A stretch of 42,489 nt of DNA, taken from IMG/VR virus record IMGVR_UViG_3300005043_000002, one strand, 5' to 3'. The stretch comes from a virus. The notes beneath the pieces are model-generated. The model ran no database searches, had not been told where the DNA came from, and worked only from the letters and a program-made list of their open reading frames with translations. This document shows positions 30,296-39,587 of this stretch, piece by piece. Made by a program: the position numbers and the translations under genes. Positions within the stretch are counted from its first letter, which is position 1; the number at the start of each line of letters is the position of its first letter.

Positions 30296-30679
30296 TTAAT
30301 AAGACCAAATCGTAGGGGATATAAAACCGTCTTCTTCTGTAGCAGTCCCTATATGTATAAATCTACCGTGTCCTTTTTGCTTAAACCCTATGCGAGTAAA
30401 ACCAAATAATGGTGCGGCTTTCATAATATTATACGCTGTTTCACCTCTGCATGCAATATCGACAGCTTTACCTAGAGTATGCTCACCGGATTTAGATTTT
30501 TTAGCTTCTATAGGGTGAGTGGGGTGTCTGTAACCGGACGAAATAAATAAAGCTATTCCCAGACTTGTTCGCAGAGTTTGCAATTTGTCCATAAAATTCT
30601 TATTCATGAAACATTCGCCCGTGTGTGAACAGGTAAATTCATATTCTGAAAAATTATAGTACTCGTCCCAATTTATCAT
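30296..30679 (-). CDS. Endolysin, peptidase M15 (zinc D-Ala-D-Ala / L-Ala-D-Glu peptidase-like)
   Basis: SGYRHPTHPIEAKKSKSGEHTLGKAVDI...FIHI fits the M15 H-x(n)-D...H zinc motif. Start moved to MINWDEY, where the ATG overlaps the upstream TGA. Confidence 0.7.
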   Translation of the reverse strand: MINWDEYYNFSEYEFTCSHTGECFMNKNFMDKLQTLRTSLGIALFISSGYRHPTHPIEAKKSKSGEHTLGKAVDIACRGETAYNIMKAAPLFGFTRIGFKQKGHGRFIHIGTATEEDGFISPTIWSY

Positions 30680-31008
30680 GTCGCCGCACTCACTATAGCC
30701 CACGCCCATTTTGCACACCAAGCGAGAAAACCCATTATAATCGCACCACATGCGCCAGCACCCATCATCGCACCTTTTGAAATTTTATGGTTATCGTTTA
30801 AAGTTTCAACAACTGGCTCTATTTTTGTGACACGGTTTATAACGTCTTTTAATTCATACGCTTGATCGCGTTGGTTGTCCCGAACTTCATAAACCGTGGT
30901 TTTAACATCTTTAATGTCTGTTTTTACATCTCTTACAACATCGATTAAATCATTTATTTTTTCAGTCATTACACCAACCTGCACTTTTGTCGCTAAGAAG
31001 TCTGTCAT
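30676..31008 (-). CDS. XhlA-like protein (N-terminal coiled coil, C-terminal transmembrane segment)
   Basis: Architecture only: heptad-rich INDLIDVVRDVKTDIKDVKTTVYEV followed by GAMMGAGACGAIIMGFLAWCAKWAWAIV. Confidence 0.4.
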   Translation of the reverse strand: MTDFLATKVQVGVMTEKINDLIDVVRDVKTDIKDVKTTVYEVRDNQRDQAYELKDVINRVTKIEPVVETLNDNHKISKGAMMGAGACGAIIMGFLAWCAKWAWAIVSAAT

Positions 31009-31062
31009 GTTAGTCCTTAATATATCATAATAGTTTAATATAATCTATAACTGTAAAATTCG

Positions 31063-31350
31063 TTATTTGTTTTCGTTGTACCAACCTATGGTTGATTGAG
31101 ATAACTCTGAAATATCACCAGACATCACGCCGATAATTTCCAGAAGAATGCTTTGTGTATTGATTCCTTTTACAGGCACATACTCAGACCATTGACCGTC
31201 CTTATATGTCTGTCTCGCATCTTCGGGCGGTGTGTCAACCTCAATAGAATCTTTAGGCGGCTCTACACCACAAAAACCCCCGATATATGCGCCTTTTTTA
31301 TTTACGAAATGTTTTGTTTCAATCTTCTTTTTTTCAATTTTCTTTTTCAC
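31063..31350 (-). CDS. Possible tail fiber assembly protein (95 aa)
   Basis: Positioned after the fiber gene. PPEDARQTYKDGQWSEY resembles Tfa-type motifs. Confidence 0.35.
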   Translation of the reverse strand: MKKKIEKKKIETKHFVNKKGAYIGGFCGVEPPKDSIEVDTPPEDARQTYKDGQWSEYVPVKGINTQSILLEIIGVMSGDISELSQSTIGWYNENK

Positions 31351-31361
31351 TGTTCAAGCCT

Positions 31362-32123
31362 TTATGCGTTTATAATTAATGAGGTGAAAACCATGCGCCA
31401 ACTGGCAAGAGTGATATTTACTGTTGTTCCAATGACGGAATCCTGTTTATTGATAGCGACACCACTACTTGATTGTTGGACAAATATATCTGTTGCATCG
31501 CTCAACAATGTTAAACCTTGATTGTTATCATTGGATTGTGCCATTACAGCCGTGTAATTAATCCTATCGCCTATTGAATATCCATGTTCAGCAGTTTGAC
31601 AAACCAATTCAATAACCACAATATCAGGTTTTGCACTCAAAGTATGGGCAACTGTTAACGTCCCAGCATTAACAATTGTTTGTTCAGACGAAACATTCCT
31701 TTGACCCTTAGAGGATATATCACCAAGATATTCCCAGCTTGCATTATCCGCTTGTGACGGCAGCGCGTTCCCTTGGTTCGTGTTTATCTTTGATCCGTAT
31801 AATTCATATGTTGCCGTTTTCTTGACGATAGAATTCGCGTGGTATTCTGTACCTGTGTCGTACTCTGGAATACCCTCTTGTAAAACGTAACCAATTTGGT
31901 TAGTCATAACAAAATGAATTGCATTAAAATCTTGAAACGTTGGGATTTCTGTACCAGCAAGAGCCGCCGCCGCCCAACCTGTGGCCCAATCGGCAGTTTG
32001 AATATTCGATAAATCTGTGGAATACACAGGTGTACCGCTCGCAGGTGATCCATATTCCGTGATACCTGTCGCGCCTGCGGTCAATCCAAATATTTCTTGG
32101 GTTTTTCTTGGGATTTTAGTCAT
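31362..32123 (-). CDS. Tail fiber protein
   Basis: The N-terminal block IFGLTAGATGITEYGSPASGTPVYSTDLSNIQTADWATGW...FQDFNAIHF...YVLQEGIPEYDTGTEY is a widely conserved fiber N-terminus. It follows the baseplate genes. Confidence 0.65.
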   Translation of the reverse strand: MTKIPRKTQEIFGLTAGATGITEYGSPASGTPVYSTDLSNIQTADWATGWAAAALAGTEIPTFQDFNAIHFVMTNQIGYVLQEGIPEYDTGTEYHANSIVKKTATYELYGSKINTNQGNALPSQADNASWEYLGDISSKGQRNVSSEQTIVNAGTLTVAHTLSAKPDIVVIELVCQTAEHGYSIGDRINYTAVMAQSNDNNQGLTLLSDATDIFVQQSSSGVAINKQDSVIGTTVNITLASWRMVFTSLIINA

Positions 32124-32140
32124 GGTTTAAAGTCTCCGTT

Positions 32141-32881
32141 TTATAATATATCACTATTTGCGTTCAAAAATCTACCATCTTTTGTCAAACCGACAGTTGC
32201 GTCATTAAATCCGACAATGTAAGTGGGAATATTTGCGAGGTTGGTGGCGTCTGCCATGCCGAAAAACTCAGCGCCCGCCAAAACCTGTGAACCCACACCA
32301 GCAGGGCGGGGGAGTACATTCTTTTGCACCACTGCACTAATCAATTCGTTGCTAACATCGGCGATAAAATACGTCATGGTCATGTCGTAATTATCTTTCA
32401 TTAAAACCGTTGTACCAAAAAATTCAAACAACGAATCATTGATAGGCTTCACACCATGAGTAGAATTATTTTGGATGATACGCAATTTTATCAACGTCCG
32501 ATATGAATCGTCATTGAGGCGCAGATTGTTAGATATGACGGCATCAGAGGATAAAAACAAACCCTCTTTATCAGGCGCGGCGGCATCATCGAAACCTATA
32601 ATATTGGCCGAAACACTTCCCACATCTACGGCGTCCGCAAATCCGAAATAATTATCCGTAAGCTCAAAATTATAATAGAAACGATCTATATCCGCATACT
32701 TGCCCAATACATCAAGCTGCACACCGACGGCGGTATCAATGTTGTAAGCGTTCTGCACGTCCAGATATATATTATTTGCCAGAAATTCAGTGGCCAGAAG
32801 CTCAATCGTACCCATGGCATTGGGTTTATTATGATACTGGATTATCAGTAGATTGATATAATATGCAATTACTTCATTCAT
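32141..32881 (-). CDS. DUF2612-like baseplate/fiber-attachment protein
   Basis: The N-terminus YYINLLIIQYHNKPNA and the position after the Baseplate_J gene are typical of DUF2612. Confidence 0.55.
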   Translation of the reverse strand: MNEVIAYYINLLIIQYHNKPNAMGTIELLATEFLANNIYLDVQNAYNIDTAVGVQLDVLGKYADIDRFYYNFELTDNYFGFADAVDVGSVSANIIGFDDAAAPDKEGLFLSSDAVISNNLRLNDDSYRTLIKLRIIQNNSTHGVKPINDSLFEFFGTTVLMKDNYDMTMTYFIADVSNELISAVVQKNVLPRPAGVGSQVLAGAEFFGMADATNLANIPTYIVGFNDATVGLTKDGRFLNANSDIL

Positions 32882-34077
32882 TACAGCACCGTTATCGTGA
32901 TTCGAGTTGTATCTACAACAAATTGTTTATCTTTTGTGGACGTCTCAAGATAATCTATCCATACGACACCATCGTCAGAAACTTCCATGTTCACCGGAAC
33001 ACCACCACCGCCGTTCTCTGTAATGGCCGTTGATGCCGTTGCGGTTAAACTAGACGTTTCCGCAAACTCCCCAATTTCGTAAGATGTAGCAACAACAATA
33101 CTTGTTTTAATCGCGGCCTGATCGAATGTGGCCGCAGGATCGGTTTTTTGTATGTCGAAGCGCATATACAAATCTTCGGAGGTTGGACGGTCAAATTTTG
33201 CAGTGAAAATTGTACCTGATATTGTGGTAAAATCAACTGTAACGGCACCCTTCATATTTGCACCTGCGGTTTTCTTGGTGAATATCACGGTCCCGATATC
33301 TGTATTCGCACCGCCCCCGACGATACACCATATGGCATGAGCCGGAATACCATCGGCGTCCACCACATTTGTGATGTTCTCGTAAACTTTTGCGTTTGAA
33401 ACACCCTCCACATTCAACAGCGCGCCTTCTATGCCGTTTAAATATCCATTCGATGCAATCGCAACAGATCGTTGACGGCGTACTCTCAGCTCTGCGTCTG
33501 TCTCTTCGTCTGTACCTGTTGATAATACACCTACGCTGTTTATGACGCTGGTGACACCTAGGACCACGGTAACGAATTTTGTGATAGTCCCGATCACCGT
33601 TTCAACTTGGCCCACCTTGCGCGCTCTAAAATTACGAGAATACGCGCCAGCTATAAATGTCTCTGTATCGATCAATATCCATTCGTTTCCGGCATCGTCT
33701 GCTATCGTATAACCCACACCGTCGGCGTTATTGAAATCCGCGTCCAGACCCGCAAGAGTCACCGTCTCAGTAATTACAAGATCAATGGACTGTATTGTAT
33801 ATGTTCCGCCCTTGCGTGTGATGTTGTTTATTGTGACGCGCTGGTCTAAAACCACACCGACAGCTTGATCGGGGTCAAATCCTGCGTTGATCATTGTCAA
33901 AATCTCGCGCAAGTCCACATTCATTTGCGTGATTATGCCAATATTTTGGCCATCTGGTGAGTTTTGCTCGACGTTGATATCGTTGCCGTAAATATTCTTA
34001 TAAGCAGCGGTTAAATCTGCGAGAATTTCTGTGGCCGTCTTAACCTGTAATCCATCGGCGTTAATTAGATCGGGCAT
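32881..34077 (-). CDS. Baseplate J-like wedge protein
   Basis: 398 aa, positioned between the gp25/W-like and DUF2612-like genes, with a Baseplate_J-like central region. Confidence 0.7.
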   Translation of the reverse strand: MPDLINADGLQVKTATEILADLTAAYKNIYGNDINVEQNSPDGQNIGIITQMNVDLREILTMINAGFDPDQAVGVVLDQRVTINNITRKGGTYTIQSIDLVITETVTLAGLDADFNNADGVGYTIADDAGNEWILIDTETFIAGAYSRNFRARKVGQVETVIGTITKFVTVVLGVTSVINSVGVLSTGTDEETDAELRVRRQRSVAIASNGYLNGIEGALLNVEGVSNAKVYENITNVVDADGIPAHAIWCIVGGGANTDIGTVIFTKKTAGANMKGAVTVDFTTISGTIFTAKFDRPTSEDLYMRFDIQKTDPAATFDQAAIKTSIVVATSYEIGEFAETSSLTATASTAITENGGGGVPVNMEVSDDGVVWIDYLETSTKDKQFVVDTTRITITVL

Positions 34078-34079
34078 AA

Positions 34080-34433
34080 TTATATCCTTAACGTCAAGGT
34101 ATCAATGTATTCTTGACTAAAAATGGTGTTAATGCTGTAACTTGCCGTAAAATTACGGTCATTCAGTATAGTATCAAAACTAAGCAACTCTGTCACACCT
34201 TGAGTTTTTAAGATGATCCGGCGTATATCATTTTCTAATAAATTCCGTTGGTTTTTACTTCCTATTCTGTTCTTCCAATCGATTCCTTCGTTCTCTGCAA
34301 AGAAGCAATCCCCGATCCAACTGAGTAGGCGCGTCTTGATATCTATACCAATCGCTTGATTTCCACTTGTATAATTTTGTAAACCAGAACCGAATGTCCA
34401 ATCATGATTTTCTGTAAGATTTCTAAATGTCAT
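34080..34433 (-). CDS. Small baseplate wedge protein (gp25/W / XkdS-like)
   Basis: 117 aa, immediately upstream of the J-like gene. Confidence 0.5.
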   Translation of the reverse strand: MTFRNLTENHDWTFGSGLQNYTSGNQAIGIDIKTRLLSWIGDCFFAENEGIDWKNRIGSKNQRNLLENDIRRIILKTQGVTELLSFDTILNDRNFTASYSINTIFSQEYIDTLTLRI

Positions 34434-35077
34434 GTTCCACTTATCACAATCCCGTCGACCACTGTGACGACGTCAAAAGTTCCGGTTGCGCCATTGTCGG
34501 CATGTACGTCTTGAGCTTCTAATTTTCCCTCGACTCGCGTATCAGAATTAATAATAACGGTCGTTGCATTTACCGTCACACCCGCAGAGGTCAAATCAAT
34601 ACTGTTATTTTCATCCATAAAAATCCTGATACCGTTTCCAAGAAAATTTGGTATTGAGTTTGTTTTAGGTCTTATGCCGACGAGTGCGATACCATCCGAC
34701 AGATCATGCACGCGCCCGATTGTGGGGGCTTGGCCTGCGCCTGCGCTCAACCAATTATCGATTTGTCTATCCGAGAAAAACACAAGACAAGAATCCCCGA
34801 CAGTAATCGGCATATTAATGAATGAATCGCCGCCAAAAATTGTGACAACCGGACACTCTAATAATAAGGGGTATTGCCTGATTTGCTTAACGCCGTTCGT
34901 ATCTACAGATTCAACCTGATCAATTGAAATCTGAATACTTGCCAGTTGGGTAGCACTATCAAAACTTTCAATAGTTCCGATCTTCACACAGTTTAATGAT
35001 ACGGCCACTTCTCTTTTAACCGCGTCTAATAACGTTGTTAAATCGGGGTTTGCTATTGTGGAGTCTGTATTTGTCAT
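34430..35077 (-). CDS. Baseplate spike/assembly protein (Mu gp45 / P2 V-like)
   Basis: N-terminal OB-like region plus C-terminal beta-helix-like SIDLTSAGVTVNATTVIINSDTRVEGKLEAQDV. Confidence 0.6.
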   Translation of the reverse strand: MTNTDSTIANPDLTTLLDAVKREVAVSLNCVKIGTIESFDSATQLASIQISIDQVESVDTNGVKQIRQYPLLLECPVVTIFGGDSFINMPITVGDSCLVFFSDRQIDNWLSAGAGQAPTIGRVHDLSDGIALVGIRPKTNSIPNFLGNGIRIFMDENNSIDLTSAGVTVNATTVIINSDTRVEGKLEAQDVHADNGATGTFDVVTVVDGIVISGT

Positions 35078-35934
35078 TGCGATTCCTGTATAACTTCGAA
35101 CGTATTATTACCAACCCACAAGTTAAATATAGAGCGACAATCTCCCCCTACAGCGTCGGAAATTACACCTTGATGGTTGACGCCCACAACTTTATATTGT
35201 GAATTATATATGGGAAGTATCTCACTTTCAAGTGCTACAATTTGCCCAACCGTTACACGAGGTTCAAACAACGTAGTCACAGTTAAAAAACCATCATCGC
35301 GCCGTGGTGTTTCCAATAATCCAGATTCTATATTCAGGGCCGGAATATTACCCTCGATCACTTCATTATCTTTTAAAACGTATACGCGGTTGTTATCAAC
35401 AAACACCCCATTACCACCGTATTTTTTTAATTCGTTGAATGTCGCGCCATTAAAAACAACCGGACGTGTTAAAACATCTGTATATTTACCGATCGCGCCG
35501 ACTTTCAAACTTGGGAATTGTTGGATTAAAAAATTAACCACATCGCCGATAGTTTGGCCCGCATCGATTGTCGTATAAATCTTAGAGGTGGACACATCGA
35601 AACTACCGGATTTCGCTTCGATACGTGTTATAATGTCCGATCCCTCACGCGAGCTGTTTGCTTCAAATATGAATCCGTCGAACATTAAGGACAGGCTATC
35701 ATATCCGCCCTCGATTCTTACCGTTCTATCACGCACAGTAAATCTATCTTGGAATATACGGTCACGGTTAACATCGCCGAGATTATAAATATCTAAACTC
35801 ATATTATTAAGGGATGCAAGAGTATCGCGGCGTATCGAAAATCGAATGGTCAGAGGCAACGTCACAACTATTTCTGGTTGCCCGTCCTTTGGATCAATGA
35901 TTATTCTGTACGATCGACCGAATTTTTCACTCAT
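35074..35934 (-). CDS. Baseplate hub protein (gp27 / XkdQ-like)
   Basis: YRIIIDP...LTIRFSIRRDTLASLNNMSLDIYNL...VRIEGGY...FDGFIFEA is the hub signature seen in many myoviruses. Confidence 0.6.
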   Translation of the reverse strand: MSEKFGRSYRIIIDPKDGQPEIVVTLPLTIRFSIRRDTLASLNNMSLDIYNLGDVNRDRIFQDRFTVRDRTVRIEGGYDSLSLMFDGFIFEANSSREGSDIITRIEAKSGSFDVSTSKIYTTIDAGQTIGDVVNFLIQQFPSLKVGAIGKYTDVLTRPVVFNGATFNELKKYGGNGVFVDNNRVYVLKDNEVIEGNIPALNIESGLLETPRRDDGFLTVTTLFEPRVTVGQIVALESEILPIYNSQYKVVGVNHQGVISDAVGGDCRSIFNLWVGNNTFEVIQESQ

Positions 35935-36269
35935 GCAAACACCAGTTCTTCTATGCCTATAACGTCCGCCTCATCCAATAGATACAATGATGAATCTTGT
36001 GTTAGAAAAGCATCAATGAATTTAGGGTCTAATCCATCTATGGAATTACAGGAAATACCAAACGGTATAATATTACGCCACTTACGCAAGAGGTTAGGGG
36101 AGTTAACCACGCACAATCCAAACAGTTCAAACGTGTTCCACTGGATATCCATAAACCATTTTTCTTGGGTCGGCATGTAACGCAAAACCATATTTATTCG
36201 TTCGCCGCTTATACCAGTTAGAAAAAAATTCTGGTGAGCCGAGGTATCAATCTTGTTTAAGTATCTCAT
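35931..36269 (-). CDS. Small baseplate-module protein (112 aa)
   Basis: Coupled ORF between the tail-module genes. Confidence 0.5.
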   Translation of the reverse strand: MRYLNKIDTSAHQNFFLTGISGERINMVLRYMPTQEKWFMDIQWNTFELFGLCVVNSPNLLRKWRNIIPFGISCNSIDGLDPKFIDAFLTQDSSLYLLDEADVIGIEELVFA

Positions 36270-37066
36270 AGAAATTTTTCCAATTCTTCGGCGGTGTAGA
36301 TTTCAGTTAACTGCTCTTCTAGGCCCGCCATGTTTCCAACCTGTGTGAGTTCTTCGCGCTGTTCAAGCGAGCGGCCTTGGAATAATTCACTTGGTATATT
36401 TTCCTGTACGGTATATCTAGACGTCACCTGACTCGCAGTGAGTAAAGAAACTGTGCGGATTTCCTTCAATGTGATAGAGAAATCACTTATAAATCTAGAA
36501 TCTGCACCTTGGCGCGCTGTAACTGTTTCGATGGCCATGCGAGTCATAAACTCAAACGGCGTTTGAACTGATACTAGAATTTTCTGTTCCATTAGAGCCT
36601 TGAAATATCTATATGCTTGCTCTTGTTTTGATATTGGTGGGGTTATATTTTTTATAAACGCCCAATAATCGGCTATATTATTGACTGTATTTTCCCCCGA
36701 TTCGGTTGAATTAACTTCACGATCGCGAACTACTAATTGCTCCGCAGCGGCGGAAAGGGTAGGGAGAAACGCACTCAGGATTGTTAGTTTTCTGGTGACT
36801 GTCTGGACTATTCCGTCGTCTTCTTCGCCGCCATCAAATGTAAGTTCTCCAACAAATCCTTTAAGTGTAATTTTCTTAGGACGTATCGCGATATGATCTT
36901 GCACCGAGCTGTTATCTTCAAGAAAATGATCGGTGATCTCAGTCGATAAATTGACCGTTGTTTCGCCCTCGATGTCAAACACAAACCCACCAAGGCCAAA
37001 TGCGTTCAATGGTCTTACAACATAATTTAGAACCGAGTCTCTTAATATATCAAATTCGTTAGGCAT
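36266..37066 (-). CDS. Tail/baseplate protein (Mu gp43 DNA-circulation N-terminal-like)
   Basis: EITDHFLEDNSSVQDHIAIRPKKITLKGFV resembles the conserved IT.HP.E.G..I.DH....P..I.L.G block. It follows the tape measure gene. Confidence 0.45.
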   Translation of the reverse strand: MPNEFDILRDSVLNYVVRPLNAFGLGGFVFDIEGETTVNLSTEITDHFLEDNSSVQDHIAIRPKKITLKGFVGELTFDGGEEDDGIVQTVTRKLTILSAFLPTLSAAAEQLVVRDREVNSTESGENTVNNIADYWAFIKNITPPISKQEQAYRYFKALMEQKILVSVQTPFEFMTRMAIETVTARQGADSRFISDFSITLKEIRTVSLLTASQVTSRYTVQENIPSELFQGRSLEQREELTQVGNMAGLEEQLTEIYTAEELEKFL

Positions 37067-38259
37067 TAGTAATCGACTCCGATTTTTTGCTCTTGTAACG
37101 CACGTGGAATTTCTCTTGCCACTCCCTGTGGGTCAGTTGCGGCCGTGTTTACTGTAATGTGATTTGTCATTATCCTAGCATGATTATCATTGATCGCGTC
37201 CGCGCCCTGCATGATCGCCTTGCCGACCCCTTTATCTTCAAGATATGTCTTCATACCTCCGAACAAAGAAGCGGGGTCGCTGTTCATCATGTTTAGTGTT
37301 CCTAGAATAGCTTTATCCGTCATTTTATCCAGAAAACCAAGAGCCGACCCACTGAGAGAGGGTAATCCGCGTATGGCTTTCCCCATATCATTGACCGCCG
37401 CTGCAACTAGTAAAATGGTACTGGCGAGCGGTGCGAAGATCAGAGCAAGAGATGCACCCCACACGAGTAGAAGTTCCATCCAACCATCACCCATGACTTT
37501 TTTAGCTAATTTATCTATTGCGTCTACAACTGCGAATATATTTTTACCAAATTCCTTGATTTGTGGAACCGCTTGATTCATCCATTCAATCAATTTAGGA
37601 GATAAGTCGGCAGATATTTGATCCTTGAATAGTTTTAAATCAAATTTAATACGTGAAAACGCATCACCGAGTTTTACAAGATTATCACGGCTTTCAGGGC
37701 TTAAGAATTTACTATCGGAAATTTTATCAAACTCTTCACGTGTGAGTTTTAGGGCGTTGATCATGCTTGCGTCAACACCGACATCTTTCATTAACTTAAC
37801 AGTCGTTGCATATCCCCAACGCTCTGTATTTTTATCGAAGTTTGCCCGCAGTTCGTCCAGTACATCAACAACCCCACGACCTTGAACATTATCAATCCCA
37901 AGTCTAGCGAACACACCACCGCCGCCGCCTTCGGTCACTGCTACGATAGCATCAGACATAGCTTTAAATGAAGCGGTTACTTGATCGGCAGAGGCCGCAG
38001 AGTTGGTCAATATCGTAGCCGCTTGCCATTTCTGCAATCCTTGGATAGATCGGCCAGTCTCTAAATTGAAATTACGCAAGGCAGTTGCGGCCCGCGCGGA
38101 ACCTTCTGTGAATTTATAAATTGCTGCAAGCGTTCCGGTGGCAATCGCGGACATTTTAAGAAGGGAATCACGGCCTGCTTTTAATTTAGAATTAAAATCT
38201 TTGAGTTTCTTATCGTCGACGTCGAAGCCGAGCGCAATAAATAATTCTCCTATTTTCAT
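37066..38259 (-). CDS. Tape measure protein (397 aa)
   Basis: Positioned after the frameshifted chaperone. Helical and Ala/Gly-rich, with internal hydrophobic segments. Confidence 0.7.
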   Translation of the reverse strand: MKIGELFIALGFDVDDKKLKDFNSKLKAGRDSLLKMSAIATGTLAAIYKFTEGSARAATALRNFNLETGRSIQGLQKWQAATILTNSAASADQVTASFKAMSDAIVAVTEGGGGGVFARLGIDNVQGRGVVDVLDELRANFDKNTERWGYATTVKLMKDVGVDASMINALKLTREEFDKISDSKFLSPESRDNLVKLGDAFSRIKFDLKLFKDQISADLSPKLIEWMNQAVPQIKEFGKNIFAVVDAIDKLAKKVMGDGWMELLLVWGASLALIFAPLASTILLVAAAVNDMGKAIRGLPSLSGSALGFLDKMTDKAILGTLNMMNSDPASLFGGMKTYLEDKGVGKAIMQGADAINDNHARIMTNHITVNTAATDPQGVAREIPRALQEQKIGVDY

Positions 38260-38866
38260 TCCTCGGCCTCCACTGCGTTTATTCTAGCGTGTTCACTTGC
38301 ATAATCATCCTCGAACTTCTCAAAGTTTAGCATATTTAAAACAATATCAACAGGCGCGGAGCAAATACTTTGCGGATTGCCTCCATAGTATCCCTCTTTT
38401 GCTAAACGAATCGCATAGAACATGCACTCATTATTGATGGTTATTCGGGGCTGTTTTCTGTTTTCCCCATGTTTACTTTGTCCATTATCGGTTTTAACAG
38501 AGAAAGCAGGGGTTTGAAAAAAGGGGAGAGATTTACCTTTACACATTCTGTAGAGATTTGATACCAGTCGCCGCGAGCTTCTATCTCTTCAAATGTGCAT
38601 TTCATAATCTTGTCACCGCCGCGTGTACTACGTACCAAGCATTTAAAGATTAAATCCCGTATCTCTTTTGAGCTGTCAATGGACAACATTATTTTAGGTA
38701 TGACGGACAAATCAAAATCCGCTGTATCAAAATCAAGGCTATCAATTTTTATATCATGTTTTGCAATTTCTCGTTCTATAGCATCTTTCAAATCCATAAC
38801 ATCTTCAAAATCACCATGTTCAATAATGATCTTTTCTCCGGATTGCGCTTTAAATTCATAGGCCAT
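38256..38866 (-). CDS. Tail assembly chaperone with -1 programmed frameshift (short form 38441..38866; the fusion continues to 38256)
   Basis: Two overlapping ORFs lie between the tube and tape measure genes, and the downstream frame is -1 relative to the upstream one. The slippery heptamer T_TTT_TTC sits in the zero frame within the overlap. Confidence 0.7.
38516..38522 (-). promoter_or_regulatory. Slippery heptamer U UUU UUC for -1 ribosomal frameshifting
   Basis: The minus strand reads CCT TTT TTC AAA in the zero frame. After the slip the reading is CAA ACC CCT (QTP), matching the overlapping ORF. Confidence 0.65.
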
Positions 38867-38877
38867 TGTTTGGTTCC

Positions 38878-39117
38878 TTAATAATTTATATTTTTCTTTG
38901 CTCTGCGCTTGGCTTTAGCTCCGACCGGACTTGTTTCCGCACGCTCTGCTTTAGTCATTTCAGCGCGTCGAGTGCCTTTTTTAGTAGTCTCATAAGTTCC
39001 CTTATGCAGATCACCAGCCTTTTGCAATGTGCTTATAGCAATGGCATATGCGCTGCTTCTGTCAACGTCACCTTCTTTCATTATGGCGTCAACAGCCTCT
39101 TCCAGAATTTTAGGCAT
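38878..39117 (-). CDS. Small basic protein (79 aa) between tube and chaperone
   Basis: Coupled ORF with a K/R-rich C-terminus. Confidence 0.55.
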   Translation of the reverse strand: MPKILEEAVDAIMKEGDVDRSSAYAIAISTLQKAGDLHKGTYETTKKGTRRAEMTKAERAETSPVGAKAKRRAKKNINY

Positions 39118-39572
39118 TATTGAATGCTCCGTCTTGCAAGTGCGAATGTGAACGTATAAACAGCGACGCCTTGCTCTGTATCGCCGGATACGTTTTCTTT
39201 ACCTTCAACGCGGCGTGTGATCATACCGCCTTGCAATGTGTAGACATCGGCAATAACGCCACCGTCACCGTCACCCAGACGTTTTCTAAACTCGCCATTC
39301 GCGAGAACAGTCGAAACGAAATCTTTATCCGTAATCGCTTGTTTCCCTACTAGGAATTGGTCATCAGAAGAACCGCGCATCACACGAAGAACAAGGACTC
39401 CGTTGTTCCCTTTTTCATTCAACGCGAAAATCGTGTTCTGATTTTTACCAGTAGAAACAGATACCAAATCCTCTGGAAAAGTGATCGTACTTGTATCATC
39501 ATCGGCAAGGTTTGCAAAAACCCTGTCATACAATGTTAACGTATCTTTGCCTGTAATTGTGAATTGTGTCAT
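39117..39572 (-). CDS. Tail tube protein (DUF3277-like)
   Basis: 151 aa, immediately after the sheath gene. Confidence 0.65.
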   Translation of the reverse strand: MTQFTITGKDTLTLYDRVFANLADDDTSTITFPEDLVSVSTGKNQNTIFALNEKGNNGVLVLRVMRGSSDDQFLVGKQAITDKDFVSTVLANGEFRKRLGDGDGGVIADVYTLQGGMITRRVEGKENVSGDTEQGVAVYTFTFALARRSIQ

Positions 39573-39587
39573 GGGTAGTTTCTCCTA

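Noticed and set aside
30680-30751. N-terminal 24-aa extension of the M15 endolysin ORF.
   Set aside because: It overlaps the XhlA-like gene. The internal ATG at 30679 forms the ATGA stop-start overlap used throughout this genome.
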